Positions 1 to 9,050 of a stretch of 47,242 nt of DNA are shown here, piece by piece (position 1 is the stretch's first letter; each line of letters starts with the position of its first letter). The stretch spans positions 1 to 47,242 of the forward strand of contig JBBEBL010000273.1 in assembly GCA_040882345.1 (NCBI GenBank), written 5' to 3'. The position numbers were made by a program, and so were the translations under genes. The notes beneath the pieces are model-generated. The model had not been told where the DNA came from, did no database searches, and saw only the letters and a program-made list of their open reading frames with translations. Origin of the DNA: Chloroflexota bacterium (GTDB lineage Bacteria; Chloroflexota; Limnocylindria; Limnocylindrales; CSP1-4).

Positions 1-1052
1 CCCGGCGTGAAGGCCAGCTCCACCTTGTCCAGCGACAGGAACTTCTGGAACTGCCGTGTCACGGCGTTCTTGGGCTCGGTCAGGACGCGGACCAGGTCGT
101 CCGCGGAGAGCGCCGCCAGCGTGACGATGACCGGCAGCCGGCCGATGAACTCCGGGATGAGACCGAACTTCAGCAGGTCCTCCGGCATGAGCCGCTCCAG
201 GACCTTGCCGCGCTCCACGGATCCCAGCGGCGCTTTCGACCCGAAGCCGATGGCGCGTTTGCCGACGCGCTCCTCCACGATCCGCTCCAGGCCGTCGAAC
301 GCGCCGCCGCAGATGAACAGCACGTTGGTGGTGTCGATCTGGATGAAGTCCTGGTGCGGGTGCTTGCGGCCGCCCTGTGGCGGGACGTTGGCGACCGTCC
401 CCTCCAGGATCTTGAGGAGCGCCTGCTGGACGCCCTCGCCGGACACGTCGCGGGTGATGGACGGGTTGTCCGCCTTGCGCGCGATCTTGTCGATCTCGTC
501 GATATAGATGATCCCGCGTTGGGCCCGCGCGACGTCGAAGTCGGCCGCCTGGATGAGCCGCAGGAGGATGTTCTCGACGTCCTCACCGACGTAGCCGGCT
601 TCCGTCAGGGACGTGGCGTCGGCGATGCAGAACGGGACGTCCAGGACGCGGGCCAGGGTCTGGGCCAGCAGCGTCTTCCCGCTGCCGGTGGGGCCGACCA
701 GCAGGACGTTCGACTTCTGGAGTTCCACGTCGTCCACCTGGTGGCCGGCGTTCACCCGCTTGTAGTGGTTGTAGACGGCGACCGAGAGGACCTTCTTGGC
801 CCGCTCCTGGCTGATGACGTACTCGTCCAGCGCATCCTTGATCTGGTGGGGATTCGGGAGCTTGGAGGCCGCCGGCTTGGGGCGCGGCGCCTCCAGCATC
901 TCCTCCTCGATGATCTCCTGGCAGAGGTTGATGCACTCGTCGCAGATGTAGACGCCCTGGCCCGCGATCAACTTGCGGACCTGCTCCTGGCTCTTGCCAC
1001 AGAAGGAGCAGCGATACGGGACCTTGGGTCCCTTGCTGCTGGTGGAGGTCAC
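1..1052 (-). CDS. clpX: ATP-dependent Clp protease ATP-binding subunit ClpX, N-terminal ~350 codons (gene continues past window start)
   Basis: Manual translation of the minus strand from GTG at 1052 gives [51 protein letters not shown], the ClpX C4 zinc-ribbon N-terminus. The frame has no stop down to base 1, which is why it is absent from the ORF track. A purine-rich SD (GGGAGCAGGA) lies upstream. Gene order is the canonical tig-clpP-clpX. Confidence 0.9.
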   Translation of the reverse strand, partial: MTSTSSKGPKVPYRCSFCGKSQEQVRKLIAGQGVYICDECINLCQEIIEEEMLEAPRPKPAASKLPNPHQIKDALDEYVISQERAKKVLSVAVYNHYKRVNAGHQVDDVELQKSNVLLVGPTGSGKTLLAQTLARVLDVPFCIADATSLTEAGYVGEDVENILLRLIQAADFDVARAQRGIIYIDEIDKIARKADNPSITRDVSGEGVQQALLKILEGTVANVPPQGGRKHPHQDFIQIDTTNVLFICGGAFDGLERIVEERVGKRAIGFGSKAPLGSVERGKVLERLMPEDLLKFGLIPEFIGRLPVIVTLAALSADDLVRVLTEPKNAVTRQFQKFLSLDKVELAFTP

Positions 1053-1075
1053 GTCCCGGTCCTGCTCCCTGCGTC

Positions 1076-1750
1076 CTATTCCGTCGACTTCTGGCGTTTC
1101 GGTTCCGGCGGCGGGGGCGTCTCAACCACCTCCGCTGCCTTCTCATCGTGGTGCTGCGCGGTCAGCGAGTCCCACTGCTCCGAGTAGACGGCGTCGATGA
1201 TGCCATAGTCCTTGGCCGCTTCGGGAGACATGAAAAGGTCCCGGTTCGTGTCCAGTTCCACCTTCTCGACGGGCTGCTTGGTGTGCCGGGCGAGGATCTC
1301 GATGTTGCGCTTGACGAGGAACTCCCACTCGCGCATCTGGATCATGGCGTCAGGCGCATTGCCGCGGAACCCGCCCGATCCCTGGTGGATCATGATCCGA
1401 CTGTTCGGCAGCGCGTAGCGCTTGCCCGGCGCGCCCGCGGCCAGCAGGACCGCCGCCATGGACGCGGCCATGCCGATGCAGATGGTGCTGACCGGGGCCC
1501 GCAGGTACTGCATCGTGTCGTAGATCGCCAGTCCGGAGTTGACCACGCCGCCGGGCGAGTTGATGTACAGGCTGATGTCCTTTTCCGGATCCTCCGAATC
1601 GAGGAACAGGAGCTGCGCGATCACGAGGTTGGCGAGATGATCCTCTATGGCGTCGCCCAGGAAGATGATGCGCTCCCGCAGGAGACGCGAATAGATGTCG
1701 TAGGCGCGCTCACCACGGCTGGATGATTCGATGACCATCGGGACGAGCAT
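1076..1750 (-). CDS. clpP: ATP-dependent Clp protease proteolytic subunit ClpP
   Basis: From ORF 1076..1780. [32 protein letters not shown] is a canonical ClpP N-terminus. Catalytic contexts [13 protein letters not shown] and RDLFM are present. I prefer the ATG at 1750 (GGGAGA SD 6 nt upstream) over the ATG at 1780, which forms an ATGA overlap with the tig stop. The protein has a ~35-aa acidic/Pro-rich C-terminal tail. Confidence 0.9.
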   Translation of the reverse strand: MLVPMVIESSSRGERAYDIYSRLLRERIIFLGDAIEDHLANLVIAQLLFLDSEDPEKDISLYINSPGGVVNSGLAIYDTMQYLRAPVSTICIGMAASMAAVLLAAGAPGKRYALPNSRIMIHQGSGGFRGNAPDAMIQMREWEFLVKRNIEILARHTKQPVEKVELDTNRDLFMSPEAAKDYGIIDAVYSEQWDSLTAQHHDEKAAEVVETPPPPEPKRQKSTE

Positions 1751-1776
1751 TCGGGGTCTCCCTGCGTGATCCGGAG

Positions 1777-3210
1777 TCATCCCGCCGCAGCGGGCGTTTC
1801 GGCTGGTTCGTCGGCCAGGACGGAGCTTGGGTCCGTGGCGCCGATGGACGCGTTGGCCTGCGCCTGCTCGCCACTCACCGCGGACTCCTGGTCCTCCAGG
1901 TGCGGCAGGGGCGGGTGCTCGGGGTGGGCGGCCAGCCAGGCGTCGATGAGCTGCTCGACGACGCGGCTGCGCCGGAGCGTGCTGCGGATGAACGCGCGGC
2001 CGCGCTCCGACTCGAAGTACTCCACGAGGCGCGTGTCGCTCGCGTAGCGCTCACGACCCTGGGCGATCTCCGCTTCCACGGCGGACTCGGGAACGGTCAC
2101 GCCTTCCTGTTCGGCCACCTTCGAGAGCACGAGCAGGGTCTTGACCCGCTTCTCCGCGTTCGGGCGGAACTCGGCATGGAGGTCGTCGCCGGTCTTCTCG
2201 ACCGCCTTGAGATACGCCTCCTCCGTGATCCCCTGGCGGGCCAGCGTGCCCCGGAACTCATCGTGCATGACCTCGACCTCCTGGTCGATGAGCACGTCCG
2301 GCAGGTCCACGGTGGCATTGGCCACGGCGTATTCGATGATCCGGTCGGCGAAGCCGTGGCGCGCGCGATCCAGGGCGTTGCCCTCCAGGCGCTGGCGGAT
2401 GTCCGTGCGCAGCGCCTCGAGCGAGTCGAACGCGCCGAGCGACGCGACGAAATCCTCGTCCAGGTCCGGCAGGATCTTCTCGCGCAGCTCCTTGAGCTGA
2501 ACCGCGAAGTGCGCCTTCTGACCGGCCAGGCTCGGCTCGCCGTAGTCCTCCGGGAAGTCGATGTCGAACTCGGTGGACTCCCCTGCCCGCAGGCCGACGA
2601 GGTTGGTCTCGAAGCCCGGGATGAGCCGCTCCTGGCCCAGGATCAGCGGCATGCGCTCCGACGTGCCGCCATCGAACGCTTCACCATCGCGAGTGCCGAC
2701 GAACGAGATGACCGCGTAGTCGCCATCCTGCGCGCCGCGCTCCTCGACAGCCGCGAGGGTGCCGTTCTGCTCGCGGAGTTCGCCGACGACCTGGTCCACC
2801 CGGGCATCGTCGATGGCGTCGATGTCGGGAGCGAAGTTGAAGCCCTTGTAGTCGCCCAGCTCCACCTCCGGGCGGACCGGGACGGTGGCCTTGAAGATGA
2901 GCGGCTTGCCTTCCTCCGCCTGGACGACCTCGACGTCCGCGTTGGCGAGGGGCAGGATCTCCTCCGCGATGAGCGCCTCGCGGTAGGCGTCCTGGAGGAG
3001 GTGGTCGACCGCCTCATCGAGGACCACGCCGGGTCCCAGGTGCCGCTCCAGGACGGGACGAGGCGCCTTGCCGGGCCGGAATCCGGGCACGCGCGTCCGC
3101 CGGGCGAGCACGCGCACGGCCTGGCCGAGGGCCTGCTCGAGGCGCTCAGGCGGCAACTCGATCTCGAGCTGGACGGTGGACTTGGGAGCTGGGGTACGGG
3201 TGATCTGCAT
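1777..3210 (-). CDS. tig: Trigger factor (ribosome-associated peptidyl-prolyl isomerase chaperone)
   Basis: ORF 1777..3210, 477 aa. The N-terminus [20 protein letters not shown]...[18 protein letters not shown] is the trigger-factor ribosome-binding signature region. It sits upstream of clpP. A TATACT box lies 9 nt upstream of the ATG and there is no SD. Confidence 0.9.
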   Translation of the reverse strand: MQITRTPAPKSTVQLEIELPPERLEQALGQAVRVLARRTRVPGFRPGKAPRPVLERHLGPGVVLDEAVDHLLQDAYREALIAEEILPLANADVEVVQAEEGKPLIFKATVPVRPEVELGDYKGFNFAPDIDAIDDARVDQVVGELREQNGTLAAVEERGAQDGDYAVISFVGTRDGEAFDGGTSERMPLILGQERLIPGFETNLVGLRAGESTEFDIDFPEDYGEPSLAGQKAHFAVQLKELREKILPDLDEDFVASLGAFDSLEALRTDIRQRLEGNALDRARHGFADRIIEYAVANATVDLPDVLIDQEVEVMHDEFRGTLARQGITEEAYLKAVEKTGDDLHAEFRPNAEKRVKTLLVLSKVAEQEGVTVPESAVEAEIAQGRERYASDTRLVEYFESERGRAFIRSTLRRSRVVEQLIDAWLAAHPEHPPLPHLEDQESAVSGEQAQANASIGATDPSSVLADEPAETPAAAG

Positions 3211-3254
3211 CGCCCGCGAAGTATAGGGCGGCCCGACCGGGCGGGCGCCCGACG

Positions 3255-3710
3255 TCAGCCGGACGGCCGTCCGACGATCGGATCACCCATCGAGAGGACC
3301 ACGCGGTCAGGCTGGCGCATCGGGCGTCGCAGCGGCCGACGGTGGTTCCGGAGCGTCGCCGCACGCGCCGCGGCGACCCGTACGGGCGCTGGCGCCACCG
3401 TCGCTGGTTGCGCGGAGACCCGGAGCTGCCGCAGGGCCCAGTCCACGTCGGCCCGAAGGACCGGGCTCATCGTCCGTCGAGCGCGGCGCAGGGCGGCCGT
3501 GGCGCCGTCCCGTTGTCCTTCCATGCCGGCCCGCAGGATGACCCTGATCGCGAATGCCGCGAGCACCGGCTCGGCGAGCCACGGCGCGACCGCGTCGATC
3601 CCTGCCCTTCCGTGCGCGGCGATCGGATCCCGCCACTGGATTCGGTTCGCCGGCGACGACCGCCTGGCGGCAGCGACGAGGTCATCGAGCCCGAGTTGCC
3701 GTTCTGTCAT
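3255..3710 (-). CDS. Hypothetical protein (151 aa, helical N-terminal part, Arg/Pro/Ala-rich C-terminal third)
   Basis: ORF 3255..3881 trimmed to the ATG at 3710 (MTERQLGLDDLV...). That start has a GGAGGA SD 5 nt upstream and an ATGA overlap with the upstream stop. No family recognised. Confidence 0.5.
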   Translation of the reverse strand: MTERQLGLDDLVAAARRSSPANRIQWRDPIAAHGRAGIDAVAPWLAEPVLAAFAIRVILRAGMEGQRDGATAALRRARRTMSPVLRADVDWALRQLRVSAQPATVAPAPVRVAAARAATLRNHRRPLRRPMRQPDRVVLSMGDPIVGRPSG

Positions 3711-4144
3711 CGAGATCCTCCGAGATCGTCCGACCGCGACCGCCCATGTATCTGGAAGTCGAATCGGTATGGGCCTGCCAGCTCGGCCTCTGTCCGGCCG
3801 CCGGCGCGGTACGAGAGATGGATGACGTCGAGCGTCGCCACGAAAGTGGTCGGCAGCGCCGCGGGACGCGCGTACAGCCACTCGATCCAGACCGCTCCGG
3901 CCTGGGGCAGGAGATGCGAACCGACCGAGAGGAGCGGGTCGCCGTCATGCGGCTGGAGTGCCAGCTCCGGCAACCGGTCGATGCGCAGGTCGGGCCGATG
4001 GATGATCCGGGCGACGCCCGCGACGCGCACCACCGAATCGACCACGGACAGCGACAGCAGGCTGACCTCGACGCTCCCGGCACGTCCGACGTGATTGATC
4101 GGAAAGGACCATGGGCCCAAGGGGACGCTCGCCAGCAGCTCCAT
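3707..4144 (-). CDS. Hypothetical protein (145 aa, probably beta-rich)
   Basis: ORF 3707..4144 (MELLASVPLGPWSFPINHVG...GPYRFDFQIHG). It is translationally coupled to the next gene. TATCAT lies 6 nt upstream of the ATG, with TTGCAA 16 nt further upstream. No family recognised with confidence. Confidence 0.5.
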   Translation of the reverse strand: MELLASVPLGPWSFPINHVGRAGSVEVSLLSLSVVDSVVRVAGVARIIHRPDLRIDRLPELALQPHDGDPLLSVGSHLLPQAGAVWIEWLYARPAALPTTFVATLDVIHLSYRAGGRTEAELAGPYRFDFQIHGRSRSDDLGGSR

Positions 4145-4233
4145 ACGTCGATGATAGCAGTATCTACGATAGTTGCAAGATTACGGAGTTACGATACTTG
4201 CGGATGGTGCGACTTCCGTCTACCCTGACGGGC
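4145..4233. promoter_or_regulatory. AT-richer divergent promoter region (hypothetical operon <-> arsR-family gene)
   Basis: Minus-strand promoter: TTGCAA (4173..4178, self-complementary), 16 nt spacer, TATCAT (reverse complement of 4151..4156), then 6 nt to the ATG at 4144. Plus-strand promoter: TTGCGG (4198..4203), 17 nt spacer, TACCCT (4221..4226), then 7 nt to the ATG at 4234. A TACGATA direct repeat (4165..4171 and 4190..4196) and a small TATC-N3-GATA palindrome lie between them. Confidence 0.4.
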
Positions 4234-4605
4234 ATGACGACCCGCACGCGCCGGACGGACGACCCTGAGCGCCTTCGTCAGTTCAAGGCCGAGTTCTTCA
4301 AGGCGCTCGCGCATCCAGTTCGGATCGCCCTGCTGGAGCTATTGCGCGACGGGCCGCTGAGCGTCGGCGAACTTCAGGACCGTACCGGCGTCGCCGGGTC
4401 ATCCGTCTCGCAGCAGCTGGCGGTCCTGCGCGGCCGAGGCATCGTGGTGGCGGAGCGATCGGGCACCACGGTGCACTACCACGTCGCGGATCCGGAGCTG
4501 TTCTCGCTCCTTGATGCGGCTCGCCAGATCTTCTACGCGCACCTGAGCGACAACGCCGAACTCCTCCGCCTGGTGAAGGCAGAGGAGCTGGCCGTCAGCC
4601 GCTGA
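4234..4605 (+). CDS. ArsR/SmtB-family transcriptional regulator (no obvious metal-binding Cys motif)
   Basis: ORF 4111..4605 trimmed to the ATG at 4234. FKALAHPVRIALLELLRDGPLSVGELQDRTGVAGSSVSQQLAVLRGRGIVVAERSGTTVHYHV is a typical ArsR winged-helix. The protein contains no Cys at all, so an ELCVCDL-type metal site is absent. Confidence 0.85.
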   Translation: MTTRTRRTDDPERLRQFKAEFFKALAHPVRIALLELLRDGPLSVGELQDRTGVAGSSVSQQLAVLRGRGIVVAERSGTTVHYHVADPELFSLLDAARQIFYAHLSDNAELLRLVKAEELAVSR

Positions 4606-5074
4606 CGTCCAGCGCCGGCATCCGTCCCACGGCGACCAGCAGACCGTTGATCAGCGCCTCCGGACGCGGCGGGCAGCCCGCGACGAAGACATCCACCGGC
4701 AGGGTGCCGGCGATCCCGTCGCGCGCAGCGTACGTGCCGGCGAAGACACCGCCACTGATCGCGCACGCACCCACCGCGACGACCATCCGCGGCTCCGGCA
4801 TCGCCTCGTAGGTCCTGAGCGCCGCGTCCTCGAGATTCCTGGTCATCACGCCCGTGACCAGCAGGAGATCGGCGTGGCGCGGCGACGCGACGATATCGAT
4901 ACCCAGGCGCTGCAGGTCGTGGTCCGGGTTGAGCAGGGCGGCGATCTCCCAGTCGCAACCGTTGCACGAGCCCGCATCCAGGTGGCGGATATGGAGCGAG
5001 CGCCCAAGGCGCCGGCCGATCGCGCGCCGGAGCTCGGCCTCTGGCGGTACCCCTGCCGTCAACGGTGAGGTCAT
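4595..5074 (-). CDS. hyfI: Group 4 [NiFe]-hydrogenase small subunit (HycG/HyfI, NuoB-like)
   Basis: ORF 4595..5287 trimmed to the ATG at 5074 (AGGAGGGAAC SD, ATGA overlap with the upstream stop). The NuoB/HycG Cys set for one 4Fe-4S cluster is present: GSCNGCDWE, GACAISGG, GCPPRPE. Confidence 0.85.
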   Translation of the reverse strand: MTSPLTAGVPPEAELRRAIGRRLGRSLHIRHLDAGSCNGCDWEIAALLNPDHDLQRLGIDIVASPRHADLLLVTGVMTRNLEDAALRTYEAMPEPRMVVAVGACAISGGVFAGTYAARDGIAGTLPVDVFVAGCPPRPEALINGLLVAVGRMPALDVSG

Positions 5075-5415
5075 CGTTCCCTCCTGATCGTGGTCGAGAT
5101 GCGGAGCCCCTCGCGCGTGCGCGCGGCGAGCTCGAAACGGCGGCCGAGGGTGATCGCGCCCTCTGGGCACGCCGCCTCGCAGGCCCCGCAGAAGACACAG
5201 CGGCCCGCGTCGATCGTGATGTCCGGCGGGGCGAGGCTGATCGCGGTCGTCGGACAGGCGGAGATACACGCTCCAACAGCGTCGCACCGGTCCGGGTCCA
5301 CCTCAGGGAAACCCCGCATGGCCGCCGCGAGGACCGGCGTCACGTCCGGATAGCGACGAGTCCGGGGACCGCCGCGGATGGGCCGCAGGAACCGTTCGAC
5401 GAGGTCTCTTGGCAT
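5071..5415 (-). CDS. hyfH: Hydrogenase 2x[4Fe-4S]-type ferredoxin subunit (HycF/HyfH, NuoI-like)
   Basis: From ORF 5071..5433. It has motifs CDAVGACISACP and CVFCGACEAACP. The start could be the ATG at 5415 (2 nt after the upstream stop) or the one at 5433; I chose 5415. Confidence 0.8.
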   Translation of the reverse strand: MPRDLVERFLRPIRGGPRTRRYPDVTPVLAAAMRGFPEVDPDRCDAVGACISACPTTAISLAPPDITIDAGRCVFCGACEAACPEGAITLGRRFELAARTREGLRISTTIRRER

Positions 5416-5417
5416 GT

Positions 5418-6941
5418 TCAGCGGTCCGTGCACGCGTAGCAGAGCTCGAAGCTCTTGTTGATCAGCGGGAAATCGGGCACGAGATCACCGGGTACGGCCG
5501 CCGCGACGACCGGCCAGTTGGCGAATGACGCCGACCGGAGGCGAAGGCGATCCACCGTCCCGCCCGTGCCCGCCCGCAGCCAGATCCGCGATACGCCTCG
5601 CGGACCCTCTACTCGGGACAGGGCCACGTCGCCCGGTGTCGCCGCTTCGGCCAGCGGCACGCGAACGGGCCCCGGCGGCAGCGCGGCGAGTGCCTGTCGA
5701 AGCAGATGGATCGAGTGCTGTGCCTCCTGGGCTCGGACGTGGAACCGCGCGGCGACATCGCCCGCGTTGGCGACCATCGGATCGACATCCAGGTCGGCAT
5801 ACGCCCCGTATGGTGCATCGCGACGGAGGTCGTCGCGGATGCCACTCGCCCTGGCCGCGACACCCGTCGCCCCGAGCGCCCGCGCGAGGTCCGTCGGGAC
5901 GAGCCCCGTGCCGCGGAGTCGACTCATGACGCCGTCGGATCGGATGACCATCCGGACCGCTGCCGCCAGTCCATGGCTCACCGGGTCCAGCTCCGCGCCG
6001 AGCGCCGCAAGCCCGTGCGGATCCAGGTCCAGGCGCAGGCCGCCTGGACCCACGACCCCCATGAGGTACCGATGCCCGACGATGCCGTCGCTCAGCCGGA
6101 GCAGGTGCTCCTTCAGCAGGCCGAGGCGGGCGACGCCCGGCTGGAAGCCGACACCCGCGCAGATGTTGCCGAGATCGCCGACGTGGTTGTACACCCGCTC
6201 CAGCTCGGCGAGGACGATCCGAGCCCAGCGGGCGCGGTCTGGGACCTGCGTCCCTGTCAGCTCCTCGACCGCCATGGCGAACGCCAGGGCGTGCGTGACC
6301 GTGCATACCCCGCAGGCCCGTTCGATCACCGGGAGAGCCGCATCGAACGGACGCCCCTCGACGAGCTTCTCGATGCCCCGATGGGTGAAGAACAGCCGCG
6401 CGTCGATGTGCAGCACCCGTTCACCGACGGCGGAGAAGCGGAAGTGACCAGGTTCGATGACGCCGGCGTGGATGGGACCGACGGGAAGCTGGTAGACGCC
6501 GTCACCGTCCGCCTCGAAGGGCACGTAGTGGCGATCCCCGAGCGGCGGCTGTACGTCCGCGGCGACGTCCTTGCGCAACGGGTGGTAGCCGGACGGATAG
6601 CGCTCATGAAGGACGAGGCGACGTGGATCCGGGATGCCAGTGGGGATGATCCCGAACAGGTCCTTGACCTCACGCTCATCCCAATGGGCGGCCGGTACGA
6701 GGCGAGCGAGCGACGGGTAGGACGGGTCGTCCAGTGGGAGCTGTGCACGGAAGCGGACGGGCCCATGCGGCCCGGTCAGGGCCACCTCAACGGCGAGGCC
6801 CGTGCCTCCCACCGAACGCTCGTCGAGACCGACCAGCATCTCGTACCGCGCACCAAGCGCGATGAACCTCGCGGCCGTCTCCGCGAGATCGGCGCGCGGG
6901 ACGGACCGGACGTCGGCTTCATGCGACGGCAGGTCAGACAC
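5418..6941 (-). CDS. hyfG: Group 4 [NiFe]-hydrogenase large subunit, fused NuoC-NuoD-like (HycE/HyfG)
   Basis: From ORF 5418..6980. The NiFe-ligand motifs RACGVCTVTH and the C-terminal LCYACTDR are both present. Other recognisable segments are PAAHWDEREVKDLFGI (NuoC-like) and QLPVGPIHAGVIEPGHFRF (NuoD-like). I prefer the GTG at 6941 (GGGAGG SD 5 nt upstream, 8-nt overlap with the hyfF stop) to the GTG at 6980. Confidence 0.85.
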   Translation of the reverse strand: MSDLPSHEADVRSVPRADLAETAARFIALGARYEMLVGLDERSVGGTGLAVEVALTGPHGPVRFRAQLPLDDPSYPSLARLVPAAHWDEREVKDLFGIIPTGIPDPRRLVLHERYPSGYHPLRKDVAADVQPPLGDRHYVPFEADGDGVYQLPVGPIHAGVIEPGHFRFSAVGERVLHIDARLFFTHRGIEKLVEGRPFDAALPVIERACGVCTVTHALAFAMAVEELTGTQVPDRARWARIVLAELERVYNHVGDLGNICAGVGFQPGVARLGLLKEHLLRLSDGIVGHRYLMGVVGPGGLRLDLDPHGLAALGAELDPVSHGLAAAVRMVIRSDGVMSRLRGTGLVPTDLARALGATGVAARASGIRDDLRRDAPYGAYADLDVDPMVANAGDVAARFHVRAQEAQHSIHLLRQALAALPPGPVRVPLAEAATPGDVALSRVEGPRGVSRIWLRAGTGGTVDRLRLRSASFANWPVVAAAVPGDLVPDFPLINKSFELCYACTDR

Positions 6942-8403
6942 CGGGACCTCCCAGGATCTCGACGACCCGACCGATGGCACGAGCGACGGGCTCGGGCGTC
7001 CAGACGCCCAGTACGGCGACCACGACGAGGGGGACGGCGAGCGTCAGCCCGCGCCAGCCGGACACCACGGCCACGACACCCGCCCGGCCTCGCGGCATCC
7101 CGAAGCTGACCCGTCCCGCGTGGAACAGGAACCCCGCCACGGCGAGGGCGAGCAACAGCGCCGCGAGGGCCGCGGCGGGACCCCAGCCGACGGCGAACCC
7201 GCCGAACAGGATGGCGACCTCCGACACGAACAGGGCCGATGGCGGCAGGCCGGACAGGAGCAGCGCACCGGCGAGGAACGCCCGTCCGTCCGTCGGCGTC
7301 GCCTGGAGACTCCCGCGCAGCCGCGCGATCCGCCGGCTCCGGCCTGCCTCCACGAGACCGCCACCGGCGAGGAACAGGCTGGCCTTGGTCAAACCGTGGG
7401 CCAGCAGGTGCAGGACGAGCCCGCCGAGCGCGATGGGTCCACCGAAGCCGAGCGCCAGGGCACCCAGGCCCATGTGCTCGATGCTCGAGTAGGCCAGGAG
7501 TCGCTTGAGATCGCCCTGGGCCACGATGAACGGCAGGGCGATCGCCAGGCTCAGCAGGCCGAACACCACGAGTAGCGTGGACGACAGCTCCGGACCGATC
7601 GCCCGGCTGGCCACCAGGTGGAAGCGGGCCAGCGCGTACAGCGAGACCGCCAGGGTGGCGCCGGAGAGCACCGCGGACACGGGACTCGGCGCTTGGCTGT
7701 GGGCGTCCGGCAACCACGTGTGGAATGGTGCCAGTCCGGTCTTGGTGCCGTATCCGACGAGCGTGAACAGGAAGGCCAGGCGCACGAGTCCCGGATCAAG
7801 GAGCGGGGCGATCGCCATCAGTCGCGTCCAGCCCAGCGCGTCGCTCGTCTCGCCGAGGACCTCCACGGATGAGGCGTACGCGAGGAGCGTGCCGAGGAGC
7901 GCGAACCCGATCCCGACGGACCCGAGGATGAGGTACTTCCAGGCCGCCTCGATCGCGGCCGGCGTCCGAGCGAAGCCGACCAGCAGGGCCGACACGATCG
8001 TCGTGCCCTCCACCGCCACCCACAGCAGACCGAGATTGTCGAACAGCGGGATGAAGGCGAGCCCGCTCACGAACCACACGAGCAGTGCCCAGTAGCGCGC
8101 CCGGTCGCGCGGGCGCAACGACCGCTCGTGGCGGAGATACGAGGGCGACCCCGCGACGGCGATCACCGACACCATGACCACGAGAACCAGCACGGCGGCC
8201 CCGAGGGCATCCAACACGATCAGGCCACCGAGCGCACGGACCGGACCGCCGGTCAGCGCCGGGACCGCGAGGCCGACGGCGCCGACGGCGCCGACGGCGA
8301 AGGCCGGCACGGCCACCCGTCCGGCGATCGCATCGGGGAGGAACCAGACGCCCGCGGCTGCCACGAGGGGGGCGAGCATGGCCAGCAGCGCGAGTTCGAT
8401 CAT
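6934..8403 (-). CDS. hyfF: Hydrogenase membrane subunit, NuoM/N-type antiporter-like (HyfF / HycQ-like)
   Basis: ORF 6934..9024 trimmed to the ATG at 8403 (MIELALLAMLAPLV...), which forms an ATGA overlap with the hyfE stop. It is polytopic and carries GYGTKTGLAPFHTWLPDAH, the signature of proton-conducting Nuo/Mrp antiporter-like subunits. The discarded 207-aa N-terminal extension is Arg/Gly/Pro junk that overlaps hyfE. Confidence 0.8.
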   Translation of the reverse strand: MIELALLAMLAPLVAAAGVWFLPDAIAGRVAVPAFAVGAVGAVGLAVPALTGGPVRALGGLIVLDALGAAVLVLVVMVSVIAVAGSPSYLRHERSLRPRDRARYWALLVWFVSGLAFIPLFDNLGLLWVAVEGTTIVSALLVGFARTPAAIEAAWKYLILGSVGIGFALLGTLLAYASSVEVLGETSDALGWTRLMAIAPLLDPGLVRLAFLFTLVGYGTKTGLAPFHTWLPDAHSQAPSPVSAVLSGATLAVSLYALARFHLVASRAIGPELSSTLLVVFGLLSLAIALPFIVAQGDLKRLLAYSSIEHMGLGALALGFGGPIALGGLVLHLLAHGLTKASLFLAGGGLVEAGRSRRIARLRGSLQATPTDGRAFLAGALLLSGLPPSALFVSEVAILFGGFAVGWGPAAALAALLLALAVAGFLFHAGRVSFGMPRGRAGVVAVVSGWRGLTLAVPLVVVAVLGVWTPEPVARAIGRVVEILGGPGV

Positions 8404-9050
8404 CCGCGCAGGTTCCGCAGGTTGTCGGTCGAGAGCGACCCGAAGTGGCGCAGCATCCGCCGGGCATACACCCACCCCACCACGATCACGATCAGCAGGT
8501 CGAACAGGACTCCGAGCTCCACGACCAGCGGCATGCCGTAGGTCAGGGCGAAGGCGGCCAGCGACAGACCGTTCTCGAACACCAGCAGGCCGATGAGCAG
8601 GGACAGCGCCTTGCGGCGACTCATCATCAAGAACAGGCCCGTGAGCATGGAGGCGATGGCCGCCGGCAGCGCGCGCTGCCCTCCCAGCGACGACGGCAGG
8701 GCCATGTCGGACGTCGCCACCCCGGCCGCCAGGATGATCCCGATGGCGATCACCAGGGACCACCGCGGCCCGACGTAGGCGTGCCGCTCCACGGAGATCG
8801 GCGATGCCCGGAGCATGGACCGAAGGACCAGCGGATAGATCACGACCTTGGCACCCATGGCCAGCACCCCGGCAACGACCAGGTGGCCGAGCCCAAGGAA
8901 GACCCCGACACCGATCGCCGCGGACGCCCCGAGGGCGGACTGGGCGGCCACGAGCAGGATGGACCGATCGATGGAGCGCGTCACGGCCAGGAGGACCCCG
9001 AGCGCGACGATACCGGCGGCGCACAGGTCCACCACGCTCGTCGCCGTCAT
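8400..9050 (-). CDS. hyfE: Hydrogenase small membrane subunit (HyfE / HycP, NuoK-like)
   Basis: From ORF 8400..9062, ~216 aa, highly hydrophobic. It sits between the hyfC-like and hyfF-like genes. I chose the ATG at 9050 because it forms an ATGA overlap with the upstream stop. Confidence 0.7.
   Translation of the reverse strand: MTATSVVDLCAAGIVALGVLLAVTRSIDRSILLVAAQSALGASAAIGVGVFLGLGHLVVAGVLAMGAKVVIYPLVLRSMLRASPISVERHAYVGPRWSLVIAIGIILAAGVATSDMALPSSLGGQRALPAAIASMLTGLFLMMSRRKALSLLIGLLVFENGLSLAAFALTYGMPLVVELGVLFDLLIVIVVGWVYARRMLRHFGSLSTDNLRNLRG

Noticed and set aside
1900-3825. 641-aa plus-strand ORF.
   Set aside because: It is antisense to trigger factor. Its translation is Arg/Gly/Ala/Pro/Asp-rich with no recognisable domain. 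It is a typical high-GC shadow ORF, and the opposite strand encodes an unmistakable Tig.
6934-9024. Long N-terminal extensions in the ORF track (also 9047..10789, 19002..20429, 32370..33911, 20111..21562, 24450..26009, 13571..14947, 4595..5287, 3255..3881).
   Set aside because: The upstream portions are Arg/Pro/Gly-rich and overlap the preceding gene. Internal starts coincide with family-typical N-termini, with SD sequences, or with ATGA/GTGA/TGATG junctions. I trimmed them accordingly.
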